DNA from: Oscillospiraceae bacterium
GTDB taxonomy: Bacteria; Bacillota; Clostridia; Oscillospirales; Ruminococcaceae
Length of the DNA stretch: 48,078 nucleotides
Direction: 5' to 3'
NCBI GenBank assembly: GCA_029068025.1
Contig: JAIEDJ010000168.1
Coordinates: 1 to 48,078 of the forward strand
Under the pieces are notes generated by a model that was not told where the DNA came from, ran no database searches, and worked only from the letters and a program-made list of their open reading frames with translations. Shown piece by piece: positions 10,032 to 18,861 of the stretch; position 1 is the stretch's first letter; each line of letters opens with the position of its first letter. Position numbers and translations under genes: made by a program.

Positions 10032-10060
10032 ATTTTATCATATCGGAGAAGCAAAGTCAA
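10032..10060 (-). promoter_or_regulatory. Sigma-A promoter of SIR2-like/Macro operon
   Basis: TTGACT-17 bp-TAAAAT with TG extension. Confidence 0.7.
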
Positions 10061-10066
10061 GACGAT

Positions 10067-10225
10067 ACCGCACAAAAATGTGCGGTCAGACTGTAGAAAA
10101 AGTTCTTTTTCGGGATTCCAAAGGGCAGCGCCCTTTGGCGGGGTGCGGGGCGGAGCCCCGCTATTCTCTCTCCCCTCTCCCCGAGAGGGGTTTTTATACA
10201 AGCTGACCGCACAAAAATGTGCGGT
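10067..10225. mobile_element. 119-bp MITE (10087-10205) flanked by a perfect 20-bp direct repeat that is itself a palindrome (IS1182-like behaviour)
   Basis: ACCGCACAAAAATGTGCGGT at 10067-10086 and 10206-10225; termini CAGACTGTAGAAAAA / TTTTTATACAAGCTG; GC-rich internal hairpins. Confidence 0.75.
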
Positions 10226-10244
10226 GTTATCACAAAAAAAGCTC

Positions 10245-10273
10245 TTGAAATAATCTGAAAAGTATGTTATAAT
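10245..10273 (+). promoter_or_regulatory. Sigma-A promoter of ychF
   Basis: TTGAAA-17 bp-TATAAT with TG extension. Confidence 0.7.
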
Positions 10274-10317
10274 AAATATGTATGTTTTTATTAAAATAAA
10301 GGAAGGTATAATATATT

Positions 10318-11412
10318 ATGAAACTTGGAATGGTCGGTCTGCCGAACGTCGGCAAAAGCACCCTGTTCAATGCGCTCACAAACGCGGGCGCTGAATCCGC
10401 GAACTATCCGTTCTGCACTATCGAGCCGAATGTCGGCATAGTTTCCGTTCCAGATGAACGTCTTGACGCTCTCGCAAAGATGTACGATCCCGAGAAGTTC
10501 ACTCCCGCAACGCTGGAGTTCGTCGATATCGCGGGACTTGTCAAGGGCGCATCCAAGGGCGAGGGTCTCGGAAACAAGTTTCTGTCGAATATCCGCGAGG
10601 TGGACGCTATCGTTCATGTCGTCCGCTGCTTTGACGACGACAATATAATCCACGTTGACGGTTCTATCGGCGCGGCGCGTGATATCGAAACCATAAATCT
10701 CGAGCTTATCTTCTCCGATCTGGAGATACTCGAGCGCAGGATCGACCGCGCCAAGAAAGCGCTCAAGGGAGACAAGTCCGTCCAAGCGGAGGTGGACTTC
10801 TTCGAGAATCTGAAGGCACATCTCGAGAACGGAAAGTCCGCGCGCAGCTACGATTATTCCGAAGAGGAGCTATCCATGCTCAAGGATACCCCGCTGCTGT
10901 CCAACAAGCCCGTTATCTACGCCGCGAATCTCTCGGAAGCGGATTTCACCGGGGATATCAACGCGAACGAGCACTATAAAGCCGTATGCGGTATCGCCAA
11001 GGAAGAGAACGCCGAGGTGCTGCCCATATGCGCGCAGATCGAAGCGGAGATCTCAGATATGTCCGACGAGGACAAGGAGATGTTCTTGGCGGATATGAAG
11101 CTCGAATCGTCCGGACTGTCGCGTATAATCAAGACGGGATACCGTATGCTCGGTCTTATCTCGTTCCTGACGGCGGGTCAGCAAGAGGTTCGCGCCTGGA
11201 CGATAACCAAGGGCACCAAAGCACCGCAGGCGGCGGGAAAGATCCACACGGATTTTGAGAAGGGCTTCATCCGCGCTGAGATCGTGTCATTCGACGACCT
11301 GATGAACAGCGGCTCCATGGCGGCGGCAAAGGAAAAGGGTCTGGTGCGGCTCGAGGGCAAGGATTATGTTATGCAGGACGGCGACGTTACGCTGTTCAGA
11401 TTTAATGTATAA
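10318..11412 (+). CDS. ychF: Redox-regulated ribosome-binding ATPase YchF
   Basis: GMVGLPNVGKSTLFNALT, NYPFCTIEPN, DIAGLVKGASKGEGLGNKFL, TGS domain AAGKIHTDF, ends FRFNV. Confidence 0.97.
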   Translation: MKLGMVGLPNVGKSTLFNALTNAGAESANYPFCTIEPNVGIVSVPDERLDALAKMYDPEKFTPATLEFVDIAGLVKGASKGEGLGNKFLSNIREVDAIVHVVRCFDDDNIIHVDGSIGAARDIETINLELIFSDLEILERRIDRAKKALKGDKSVQAEVDFFENLKAHLENGKSARSYDYSEEELSMLKDTPLLSNKPVIYAANLSEADFTGDINANEHYKAVCGIAKEENAEVLPICAQIEAEISDMSDEDKEMFLADMKLESSGLSRIIKTGYRMLGLISFLTAGQQEVRAWTITKGTKAPQAAGKIHTDFEKGFIRAEIVSFDDLMNSGSMAAAKEKGLVRLEGKDYVMQDGDVTLFRFNV

Positions 11413-11429
11413 GCGAGGCAGATCAATTC

Positions 11430-12167
11430 ATGAATAAGGTCATTCGCTGCAAAAACACCAACAACGCGCGGCTTGCGGCGCTGCTGGTGGTGCAGGTTTT
11501 TCTCGGAATAAGCCCCGTGCTTATGCTGATCTCGTTTGTCTGGTTCAGACTGTATGAGATGAAGCTTATCGCGATCATCATAATTATTCTTATTTTCCTG
11601 TGCAATGTGGCATACGCTTTTCTCGCACGGCGCTTCAACATTCTTTACAGCGGCGCGCGCGGCGAACGGCAGCTTTATAAGACCGTCCGTCATCTCAGCG
11701 GAAACAATATCATTTTCTGCAATCTGCCGATACGGTATAAACGCGGACGCTCCGAAACGGATATGCTGATAATCAGTCACAGGGGCGTTATCATCATAGA
11801 GGTAAAGAACCATTCCGGAAATATCCAAGGCTCATGGAAGTCCGAGAAATGGCAGCAGCGCAAGTTTTACCGTGACAAAACCGTGGATATAGAGATGGAC
11901 AACCCCATAAAGCAGATGCGCCGCCAGCGCGATATCGTCAAGAGCATACTCAACGCCGCGGGCGAGGACGTGTGGATAGATACCGTGCTGTATTTCTCCA
12001 ACACAAACGCCAAGCTCAGTCTCAATCTGCGGCAGACCGATTATGTATGTCTCGGCAGCCGTGAGCTTATGCACTTTCTGGAGAATTATGACAACGGCGA
12101 GACACTTACAAAGGGACAGATGGAAAAATACGCCAGGATCCTCAACGACGCAAGAAGTCATATCTGA
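11430..12167 (+). CDS. NERD nuclease-related domain protein with two N-terminal TM helices
   Basis: GARGE, ETDMLII...GVIIIEVKNHSG, NPIKQ motifs. Confidence 0.85.
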   Translation: MNKVIRCKNTNNARLAALLVVQVFLGISPVLMLISFVWFRLYEMKLIAIIIIILIFLCNVAYAFLARRFNILYSGARGERQLYKTVRHLSGNNIIFCNLPIRYKRGRSETDMLIISHRGVIIIEVKNHSGNIQGSWKSEKWQQRKFYRDKTVDIEMDNPIKQMRRQRDIVKSILNAAGEDVWIDTVLYFSNTNAKLSLNLRQTDYVCLGSRELMHFLENYDNGETLTKGQMEKYARILNDARSHI

Positions 12168-12185
12168 ACCGAATGTGCGGCGTTT

Positions 12186-12460
12186 CAGCTTGTAGAAAAA
12201 GTTATTTTAGCCAAGAGCCGCGTGCCAAACTTGATCACAAGCACCCAAGCCAAGATCAACAATTCAAACGCGCAGGAGAAATTTCAAAAAGCAGTTCCGC
12301 TCGGCATAGCGCAGCGCGAAGCGCGTAGCGGAGCCGAGTGGGGCTGGCTAGTGCGGTGCGAAGCACCGCACGGTTTTGAAATTTCTTTTAAATAAACAGC
12401 TCATCGTCAACGTTATAAAATCAGCCAAAATCAACATTTTAAAGGCTTATCTACAGTCTG
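12186..12460. mobile_element. 275-bp MITE with the same termini as 10087-10205, carrying a family-A structured repeat (12249-12443)
   Basis: Termini CAGCTTGTAGAAAAA / CTTATCTACAGTCTG. Left flank GTGCGGCGTTT (12175-12185) repeats the 3' arm of the right-flank palindrome. Confidence 0.7.
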
Positions 12461-12492
12461 AAACGCCGCACGTTGTCCGTGCGGCGTTTTTT
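12461..12492. terminator. Bidirectional terminator palindrome (MITE target family)
   Basis: AAACGCCGCAC-GTTGTCC-GTGCGGCGTTT plus T-run between convergent genes. Confidence 0.75.
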
Positions 12493-13186
12493 TATTTGTT
12501 TGTTTTAACGGGAACTCTGATCTCGCAGCGATAGCCGTCGGAGCTCATATCTCCGTCGCCGTACGCCTCGATATCCATTTCGTAGGTCGGCTCATAGGAG
12601 GACGACGGGAAAAATTCCGTGCAGATCCTGTGCCACAGCTCCTGTATCGCCTTGGGCATTGCCCCTGTGCAGGGAAACACAACCCATGTACGCTCGGGTA
12701 TCTCGTTCACCGTAAATCCCTCGGGTACGGGTGAGCTGCCGTCATACTTCACCGCAATGGAATAGTCAAATGTCGATTCGTCCTTGTGCGGGTTGGCATA
12801 GCAGATCCCGAAAATATTGGTTTTGTCGCTTGCCGCGGCAAGCAGCTTTGATACCGTTCCATCCTTGTGAGCGCGTTCCCAGAATTCGGGAATGGTGTTG
12901 TTGTTTTGGTTCCCGCTTATCGAGTGGACCTCCCGCTTCTCCATCACCTTAAACGCGTCCATCTTAACGATTTTGTAGTCCATAATTTCTCCGCCTTTCA
13001 TTGAAACAGTAACGGAGAGCTGCGCGAAGGACTTTATCGGAGCGCCGCCGCGCACTGCCGAGGGAGTCGAACCGTGAAATTTTGTGAATGCTCTTGTAAA
13101 TCCCTCAGAAGTATCGTAGCCGTACTTCAACGCTATGTCGATGATCTTGTTGTCCGCGACCGCTGAAAGCTCCTTATCCAGTCCAT
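12492..13186 (-). pseudogene. AraC/Rob-type regulator with GyrI-like effector domain; internal frameshifting deletion removes the first HTH
   Basis: RBS plus ATG at 13186 gives MDWIRSFQRS, then a stop soon after. Another frame reads ELSAVADNKIIDIALKYGYDTSEGFTRAFTKFHG.TPS (second AraC HTH) plus a GyrI domain to 12492. Confidence 0.8.
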
Positions 13187-13203
13187 CGCTCTCCCTCCGT
13201 TCA

Positions 13204-13362
13204 ATTGATCCGCTAATTAAATTTTTCCTGCAATACTCGCCCTAAATCGAAAATCTCTGCGTCAAAGCTCCTTGCAGTACATACAGTACAGCGGTGTCGC
13301 TTTTCCTTGAGCTTTTCGATTTATGGCTTCGTCTTTTGGAAACATTTAATTAGCGGATCAAT
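13204..13362. repeat. Family-C long imperfect palindrome (copy C1)
   Basis: Perfect 19-bp terminal IR ATTGATCCGCTAATTAAAT; central GTACATACAGTAC. Confidence 0.75.
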
Positions 13363-13379
13363 AATTGCATTATAGCATA

Positions 13380-14363
13380 TCAGACGGAAGGCTTCCCGAC
13401 ATTTTTTGTTTTCTTAGGACAGGTCGGACAGCTTGAACGGGAAGGGCGCACACCGCCCACAGCAGAACGATACAGTCTGCGAACTGCCTGCTTGCAGCTC
13501 TTTCCGAGCTTTAAGCTATTGTCGCGCCGCTTGCAGCCTACCAGCATCGGCAAAACGATACAGCCGATCTTGATACCCTGAAAACGGAACGGCCATTTAT
13601 ATTTCTCATAGGCGTTTTCTTCGTCAAGGAACTCGCGTATGCCGCCATATGCATTGATATACTTAAATACCTTTTTCGGAGTTATGGTGCCTGTTATGCT
13701 GCCGCTGTGCTGAACGTAGTTGTACAAAACTCCGCTCACCACAGCGATCTTCTTCGAGTGATAAAACAATCTCGGGGTGGTGTACATATCCTCATAGATC
13801 TTGCCGGCCGGATACCTGATGTTATGATCCATAAACAGGCTGCGCCGATAAAGCTTGTTCCATGCGAAGTTGCGGATGGTGATATCGAGCAGCAGCGATC
13901 TCAGCATCTTGTGCGCTGTGAATGCTCCCGTGCGATGGTGAAGGATCCCGTCCAGACCGCTCGGGACTCCGCGCTCGTTAACGGTGCGAAAGTTGCAGCA
14001 GACTATATCCGCGTCCGAGCTTTCGGCGGCGCGATGCATCATTGAGATGTATCGCCTGTCAACAAAATCGTCACTGTCGGTAAACATCACATATTTTCCG
14101 CACGCATACTCAAGACCGGTATTCCGCGCGGCGGACAAACCGCCGTTCTCACGGGAATATACTTTGACGATATCATAGCGTGCCGCGATGGCCTCAACGA
14201 TCTTCAGACTGTCATCCGTTGAACCGTCATTCACTACGATTATTTCATAGCTGCGGTCGAAATCCTGTTCGATCAGTGATCTTAAACAACGCTTAACATA
14301 CTTTGATGTGTTGTAAACCGGTACTATAATACTGACTTCTGGTGGTGCAATATTGTTTTTCAT
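13380..14363 (-). CDS. Family 2 glycosyltransferase
   Basis: VSIIVPVYN, VNDGSTD, NGGLSAARNTG, FTDSDD, WNKLY, IYED. Confidence 0.93.
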   Translation of the reverse strand: MKNNIAPPEVSIIVPVYNTSKYVKRCLRSLIEQDFDRSYEIIVVNDGSTDDSLKIVEAIAARYDIVKVYSRENGGLSAARNTGLEYACGKYVMFTDSDDFVDRRYISMMHRAAESSDADIVCCNFRTVNERGVPSGLDGILHHRTGAFTAHKMLRSLLLDITIRNFAWNKLYRRSLFMDHNIRYPAGKIYEDMYTTPRLFYHSKKIAVVSGVLYNYVQHSGSITGTITPKKVFKYINAYGGIREFLDEENAYEKYKWPFRFQGIKIGCIVLPMLVGCKRRDNSLKLGKSCKQAVRRLYRSAVGGVRPSRSSCPTCPKKTKNVGKPSV

Positions 14364-14384
14364 AACGGAATTTATAGCTCCTTA

Positions 14385-15371
14385 TTAAATATAGCCGCGA
14401 GGATGATCCTTATGCCACTTCCACGCGCTTGCAATGATCTCTTCAAGCGAATCATGACCGGGTTTCCAGCCGAGGATCTTTTTTGCTTTTTCGCTTGAAG
14501 CAACTAATCTTGCGGGGTCGCCGGGACGGCGCTGAGCTTCTACCGCGGGTATCGCATGACCCGTAACCCTGCGCGCGGTATCAATGACCTCGCGAACGGA
14601 GTGACCAACACCGTTACCAAGATTGAAAATGTCGCTTTCTCCGCCGTTCATCAGATATTTCACCGCCAGGATATGCGCGTCTGCAAGATCGGTAACATGA
14701 ATATAATCACGTATACAAGTCCCGTCGGGCGTGTCGTAATCTGTTCCGAAAACGGAAATGCTTTCGCGCTGTCCGTTAGGCACCTGCAATATAAGCGGTA
14801 TCAGATGACTTTCGGGATCGTGCGCTTCGCCGATCTTACCGTCAGCGTCCGCGCCGCAGGCGTTGAAATAACGCAGTGAAACATAACGAAGACCATGCGC
14901 CTTTGCCGTCCAATAGAACATCTTCTCCATAGCGAGCTTGGTCTCGCCATAGGTGTTGGTCGGACAAGCCGGATCGCTTTCAAGTATCGGTATGCTCTTA
15001 GGCTCGCCGTATGTAGCAGCCGTCGACGAGAACACGATCTTGTCAACGCCGTTCTTCACCATCGCTTCAAGCAGCACCTTCGTGCCGCATAAATTGTTGT
15101 CGTAATATTTCAGCGGATCGGTCATACTCTCTCCAACCAGGGAAAACGCCGCGAAATGTATGACCGCGTCCGGCTTTTCTGACTTGAACAGCTTGTCCAG
15201 AAATCCAAAGTCGTGCAGATCGCCCTTTTGGAATACCGCGCCCTTCGGCACAGCCGCCAGATGTCCCGTGGAAAGATTATCCGCAACAATAACCTCGCTG
15301 CCCGCACGGACGAGCTCCAAAGCGGTGTGAGATCCGATATAGCCCGCACCGCCCAAAACCAAAACTTTCAT
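14385..15371 (-). CDS. galE: UDP-glucose 4-epimerase
   Basis: GGAGYIGSH, FSSTAATYG, YGETK, LRYFNACGA, DGTCIRDYIHV. Confidence 0.96.
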   Translation of the reverse strand: MKVLVLGGAGYIGSHTALELVRAGSEVIVADNLSTGHLAAVPKGAVFQKGDLHDFGFLDKLFKSEKPDAVIHFAAFSLVGESMTDPLKYYDNNLCGTKVLLEAMVKNGVDKIVFSSTAATYGEPKSIPILESDPACPTNTYGETKLAMEKMFYWTAKAHGLRYVSLRYFNACGADADGKIGEAHDPESHLIPLILQVPNGQRESISVFGTDYDTPDGTCIRDYIHVTDLADAHILAVKYLMNGGESDIFNLGNGVGHSVREVIDTARRVTGHAIPAVEAQRRPGDPARLVASSEKAKKILGWKPGHDSLEEIIASAWKWHKDHPRGYI

Positions 15372-15548
15372 AATAACCTCTTTTGTTAGATATAATTATA
15401 TTTTATGTCAACGCAGTAAAAGCCCGAAAAAAGGCTTTTTGCTGTATTGCTTTGGATCCGGTCTTATCGATCCGGCAGCATCGGCATTATCAAACGCCTT
15501 TTGATCGATCTGATCTTCATATACGGCTTTTATATACATCTAATTTAT

Positions 15549-15576
15549 ATTATAGCATAATATATGAAAAAGTCAA
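15549..15576 (-). promoter_or_regulatory. Sigma-A promoter about 170 nt upstream of galE
   Basis: TTGACT-16 bp-TATAAT with TG extension. Confidence 0.6.
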
Positions 15577-15598
15577 GTTTTTTTACACATTTTGTTAG

Positions 15599-15784
15599 GA
15601 GTCTGCTTAGTATCCCGCCGTGCGCAGATCGCGCAGCAGATTTTTCGCCGATGTACTGTATGTACGCATTATGCCTTCGGCAAAAAGCTCAAGAAAAATT
15701 GCCTAAGTACGGCGGAAAAGCGTTTTGCGCACAGCGCATAATGCGTGCGGGCGAGATGTGTGCGACGAGATACTAAACAGGCTC
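15599..15784. repeat. Family-C long imperfect palindrome (copy C2)
   Basis: Arms GAGTCTGCTTAGTATC / GATACTAAACAGGCTC. Core GTACTGTATGTACGCATTATGCCTTCGGCAAAAAGCTCAAGAAAAATTG is shared with C3. Confidence 0.7.
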
Positions 15785-16012
15785 TAAGAAAGCGCCGCGC
15801 AAAGCTCCTTTGGCAGCCGACAGACAAGTTTTTCATCTAATCGTACAACGAGAACGAATTGCGCAGGCTGATGTGAAGGATTCAAGCATATGTCATACAC
15901 CCACCGTCACGCTATCTTTGTATGATGCTGTTTTAAAGCGGCATATCGCAAAATTTGTGCAATATTACCTTAAAAATTGGACATTTTATCGAATATTTTT
16001 TTGAAAAAACAC

Positions 16013-16041
16013 TTGCAAAATCCGGAAAGATGTGTTATACT
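16013..16041 (+). promoter_or_regulatory. Sigma-A promoter of pyrE
   Basis: TTGCAA-17 bp-TATACT with TG extension. Confidence 0.65.
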
Positions 16042-16105
16042 GTATGTGTAAAACTATCTTAAATGCGAAAGAACCGAAATTCTCGGGAGAGAGGATCGTC
16101 TATCA

Positions 16106-16762
16106 ATGACATACAAAGAAAGCTTTATCAAATTTATGGTTGACAGCGGCGTATTGAAATTCGGAGAGTTCACGCTGAAAAGCGGAAGGATCGCACCCTA
16201 TTTCATAAACTGCGGCAACTATAAGACCGGTTCTCAGCTCGCAAAGCTCGGCGAATATTACGCCGAATGTATAAACGAGCACGGACTTAAGCCCGACACG
16301 CTGTTCGGTCCCGCTTACAAGGGCATTCCGCTTTCGGTGGCTGCCTGCGCGGCTTTGTACGGCAAGTTCGGGATGGACTGCAACTACTGCTTTGACCGCA
16401 AGGAGGTCAAGGATCACGGCGAGGGCGGAATGTTCGTCGGAAAAACTCTCGAGGACGGCGAAAAGGTCGTTATCATTGAGGACGTTATGACGAGCGGAAA
16501 GGCCTTGCGCGAGGTTCTGCCAAAGCTCCAAAGCTCGGCAAAGGTCAGCATTGAAGGTATGGTCATTACCGTTGACCGCGCGGAAAAGGGACTTACATCT
16601 GATAAGTCTGCGGTCAGCGAGGTGTTCGAGGAATTCGGCGTTAAGGTATATTCGATAGTTGACATCAACGACATCATCAAGGCGCTTGAGGACGGAGTTA
16701 TCCCGGGCGCGGAGTACGTTGACAAGATGAAGGAATACCGTAAACTGTACGGCGCTGAGTGA
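16106..16762 (+). CDS. pyrE: Orotate phosphoribosyltransferase
   Basis: FGEFTLKSGRIAPYF, FGPAYKGIP, RKEVKDHGEGG, PRPP motif VVIIEDVMTSG. Confidence 0.96.
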   Translation: MTYKESFIKFMVDSGVLKFGEFTLKSGRIAPYFINCGNYKTGSQLAKLGEYYAECINEHGLKPDTLFGPAYKGIPLSVAACAALYGKFGMDCNYCFDRKEVKDHGEGGMFVGKTLEDGEKVVIIEDVMTSGKALREVLPKLQSSAKVSIEGMVITVDRAEKGLTSDKSAVSEVFEEFGVKVYSIVDINDIIKALEDGVIPGAEYVDKMKEYRKLYGAE

Positions 16763-16801
16763 TGCTTGAACAAATGTGGACAAAGGTCGGGTGAAGACAA
16801 A

Positions 16802-17218
16802 ATGTTTCGCAAAATCTTAACAGAATCGGTGCTTGCTGTGCTTATGGCTGCGGCTTTGACCGGTTGTGCCGGATCTGCGCGGAAAAATGAAGTTACGGGA
16901 ACGAATTTTGTCTATGAAAAGGACGGTTTTCCCGATGAATTCGGGATACGGATCGACGACAACGGAACATTCACGTATTACGAGGGCGCTTTCAGCAGCT
17001 ATGTCGGAACGGGAAGCTGGAAACGCAGCGGTGATGTGCTGATACTGCGCGAACGGGACTATTCCTCTGCTTCCGAAAAGGTGAGACACACCTACCGCTT
17101 TAAGATTGAAGACGGCAATTTGAGCTTTATTTCCGACGGTTCGGACAATTTCATGTTTATCAATGTTTCCGACGGGGAACGTTTTATAAAAAAGGATACA
17201 TTATCGTATTATATGTAA
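16802..17218 (+). CDS. Hypothetical lipoprotein (small beta-barrel-like)
   Basis: Signal peptide with lipobox ALTGC; GTFTYYEG..SSY...G.W pattern. Confidence 0.7.
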   Translation: MFRKILTESVLAVLMAAALTGCAGSARKNEVTGTNFVYEKDGFPDEFGIRIDDNGTFTYYEGAFSSYVGTGSWKRSGDVLILRERDYSSASEKVRHTYRFKIEDGNLSFISDGSDNFMFINVSDGERFIKKDTLSYYM

Positions 17219-17257
17219 ACGCAATGTTTACTTAAATTTATCAGAGAGGTGATAGTT

Positions 17258-18493
17258 ATGACAGTAGGCAACACGGCAAGGTATCAATTCAGAATGGCTC
17301 AGGTTCAGACCAAGTACGGCTCCGGACTTGACAGTCTGTACGGTGCGCAGCTTGCTAAGAAGTTCGGCTCAAGCTCCACAAAAGCGGCGGCAAAATCGCT
17401 CGAGGATCTGCTTAAGAGCAAATCTCTTAAAAATAAGAGCGCTATGTTCCGTGAGGAATTCAGCAATCTGTACAAGAACATCTACGGCATAACAGATGAG
17501 GACAGCGACTCCTCCGAATCCTACAGCAGTCTGCAATCTATCAAATCCGCGTCTGCGTCTGCGGGCGGCGCAGCTCAGAGCATCAAGAACTACGCTAACG
17601 GTCTGAAGTACGGCGGCGAGGTCGATGTTGATTCTTACAGAGCACAGGCGCAGAGCTTTGTGGACAGCTATAACGCTATGATCGACAAAGTAGGAAACTC
17701 CGACAGCGCGCGCATTCTTCAGAGAGGCGTGCTTATGACGAATACGGGAAAGGTATACTCAAGCGCACTCAGACGCGCGGGTATAACCGTAGGCGCGGAC
17801 AACAAGCTTACCGTAAATGACGATCTGTCCAAGGTAAGAGCTACCGATATCAAGACCGTTATGGGTACCAACGGATTCTCCGATAAGGTTATTCAGAAGG
17901 CAGGTCAGATCAACTCTTTTGCAGGCGGCAACGGCATATTCACAGCGGGCGTTACCAAGCCCTCCTCGAGCAGCAGTTCGTCTTCGAGCACCGATAAGGT
18001 TGACAACTCCGGCACTCTTAAGGAGCTGACCGCGGCTGTTAAGGATGCGGCTACCGAGCTCAAGTCCTACGCTTCCAATCTCGGATCCGAGGATAAGAAG
18101 TTCGTTCCCACAGACTTTACCGATACCGCGAACAAGTTTATCGAGAAGTATAACACCTTTATTGATGAGATGAACAAGTCCGATAAGTCGAGCGTTCAGC
18201 AGAGAGGAAATACCCTCCAGTCCGTTGCTCGTTCTTATAAGTACTCGCTTAACCGCGTTGGTATCAATGTTGATGAGAACGGCAAGCTCTCCATCTCGGA
18301 AGCGATCGCAAACAAGATCACCGAGAAGGATGTTAAATATTCGTTCGGCGGCGGCGGATTTGCAGATAAGGTCATCGAGAAGGCAGATCAGGTCAAGTCG
18401 CTTGTATCAAGCGCTTCCGCTATGGGCTACAACGCAGACAAGACCGCTACATACGCTTACAACAGCGGCGCACTTTACAGTGTTTACGCATAA
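17258..18493 (+). CDS. FliD (flagellar cap) C-terminal-like protein with two tandem copies of the domain
   Basis: Two repeats of FV/I..YN..ID....L.R.GI.V....KL.......GF.DKVI.KA.Q separated by a poly-Ser linker; start 17258 after GAGAGGTG. Confidence 0.6.
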   Translation: MTVGNTARYQFRMAQVQTKYGSGLDSLYGAQLAKKFGSSSTKAAAKSLEDLLKSKSLKNKSAMFREEFSNLYKNIYGITDEDSDSSESYSSLQSIKSASASAGGAAQSIKNYANGLKYGGEVDVDSYRAQAQSFVDSYNAMIDKVGNSDSARILQRGVLMTNTGKVYSSALRRAGITVGADNKLTVNDDLSKVRATDIKTVMGTNGFSDKVIQKAGQINSFAGGNGIFTAGVTKPSSSSSSSSSTDKVDNSGTLKELTAAVKDAATELKSYASNLGSEDKKFVPTDFTDTANKFIEKYNTFIDEMNKSDKSSVQQRGNTLQSVARSYKYSLNRVGINVDENGKLSISEAIANKITEKDVKYSFGGGGFADKVIEKADQVKSLVSSASAMGYNADKTATYAYNSGALYSVYA

Positions 18494-18516
18494 GACAATA
18501 ACAAGACATAATACAG

Positions 18517-18544
18517 ACCCCCGGGAGTTATTATTCCCGGGGGT
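18517..18544. terminator. Bidirectional terminator
   Basis: ACCCCCGGGA(G/A)T inverted repeat between convergent genes. Confidence 0.7.
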
Positions 18545-18566
18545 AATTTTTAATTGGCGATCAGTA

Positions 18567-18788
18567 TTACTTTTTTCCGCCGAACAGACCGCCGATCTTG
18601 TCCATAACGCCGCCCACATTGATCTTTGCTTTTACTCCGTCAACGACATTTTTTACAACATCGTCGGGAAGATCTACTCCGATAACGTCCTCAACCGCTT
18701 TGACCGGCTCGTTCTTGAACTTCTCGGCGAACTTGTCATCGCTCTTTACCTTGTTTACAACCTCGTCGACTTTTGCCTTGATATCCAT
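18567..18788 (-). CDS. Small conserved hypothetical protein (73 aa)
   Basis: AAGGAG RBS before ATG 18788; FKNEPVKAVEDVIGVDLPDD motif typical of small clostridial proteins. Confidence 0.8.
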   Translation of the reverse strand: MDIKAKVDEVVNKVKSDDKFAEKFKNEPVKAVEDVIGVDLPDDVVKNVVDGVKAKINVGGVMDKIGGLFGGKK

Positions 18789-18861
18789 AATATCCACTCC
18801 TTAAATTTATTTTGACGGCGGAGGAACAGAGTGTCCCAGACGCCGGCATTTATATTATAAT

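Noticed and set aside
15785-16004. Possible small ORFs or sporulation-type promoter between C2 and pyrE
   Set aside because: ORFs are very short or lack an RBS and motifs; cannot be supported
16042-16105. PyrR attenuator upstream of pyrE
   Set aside because: The leader is short and lacks the AGUCCAGAGAGGCU binding loop and terminator
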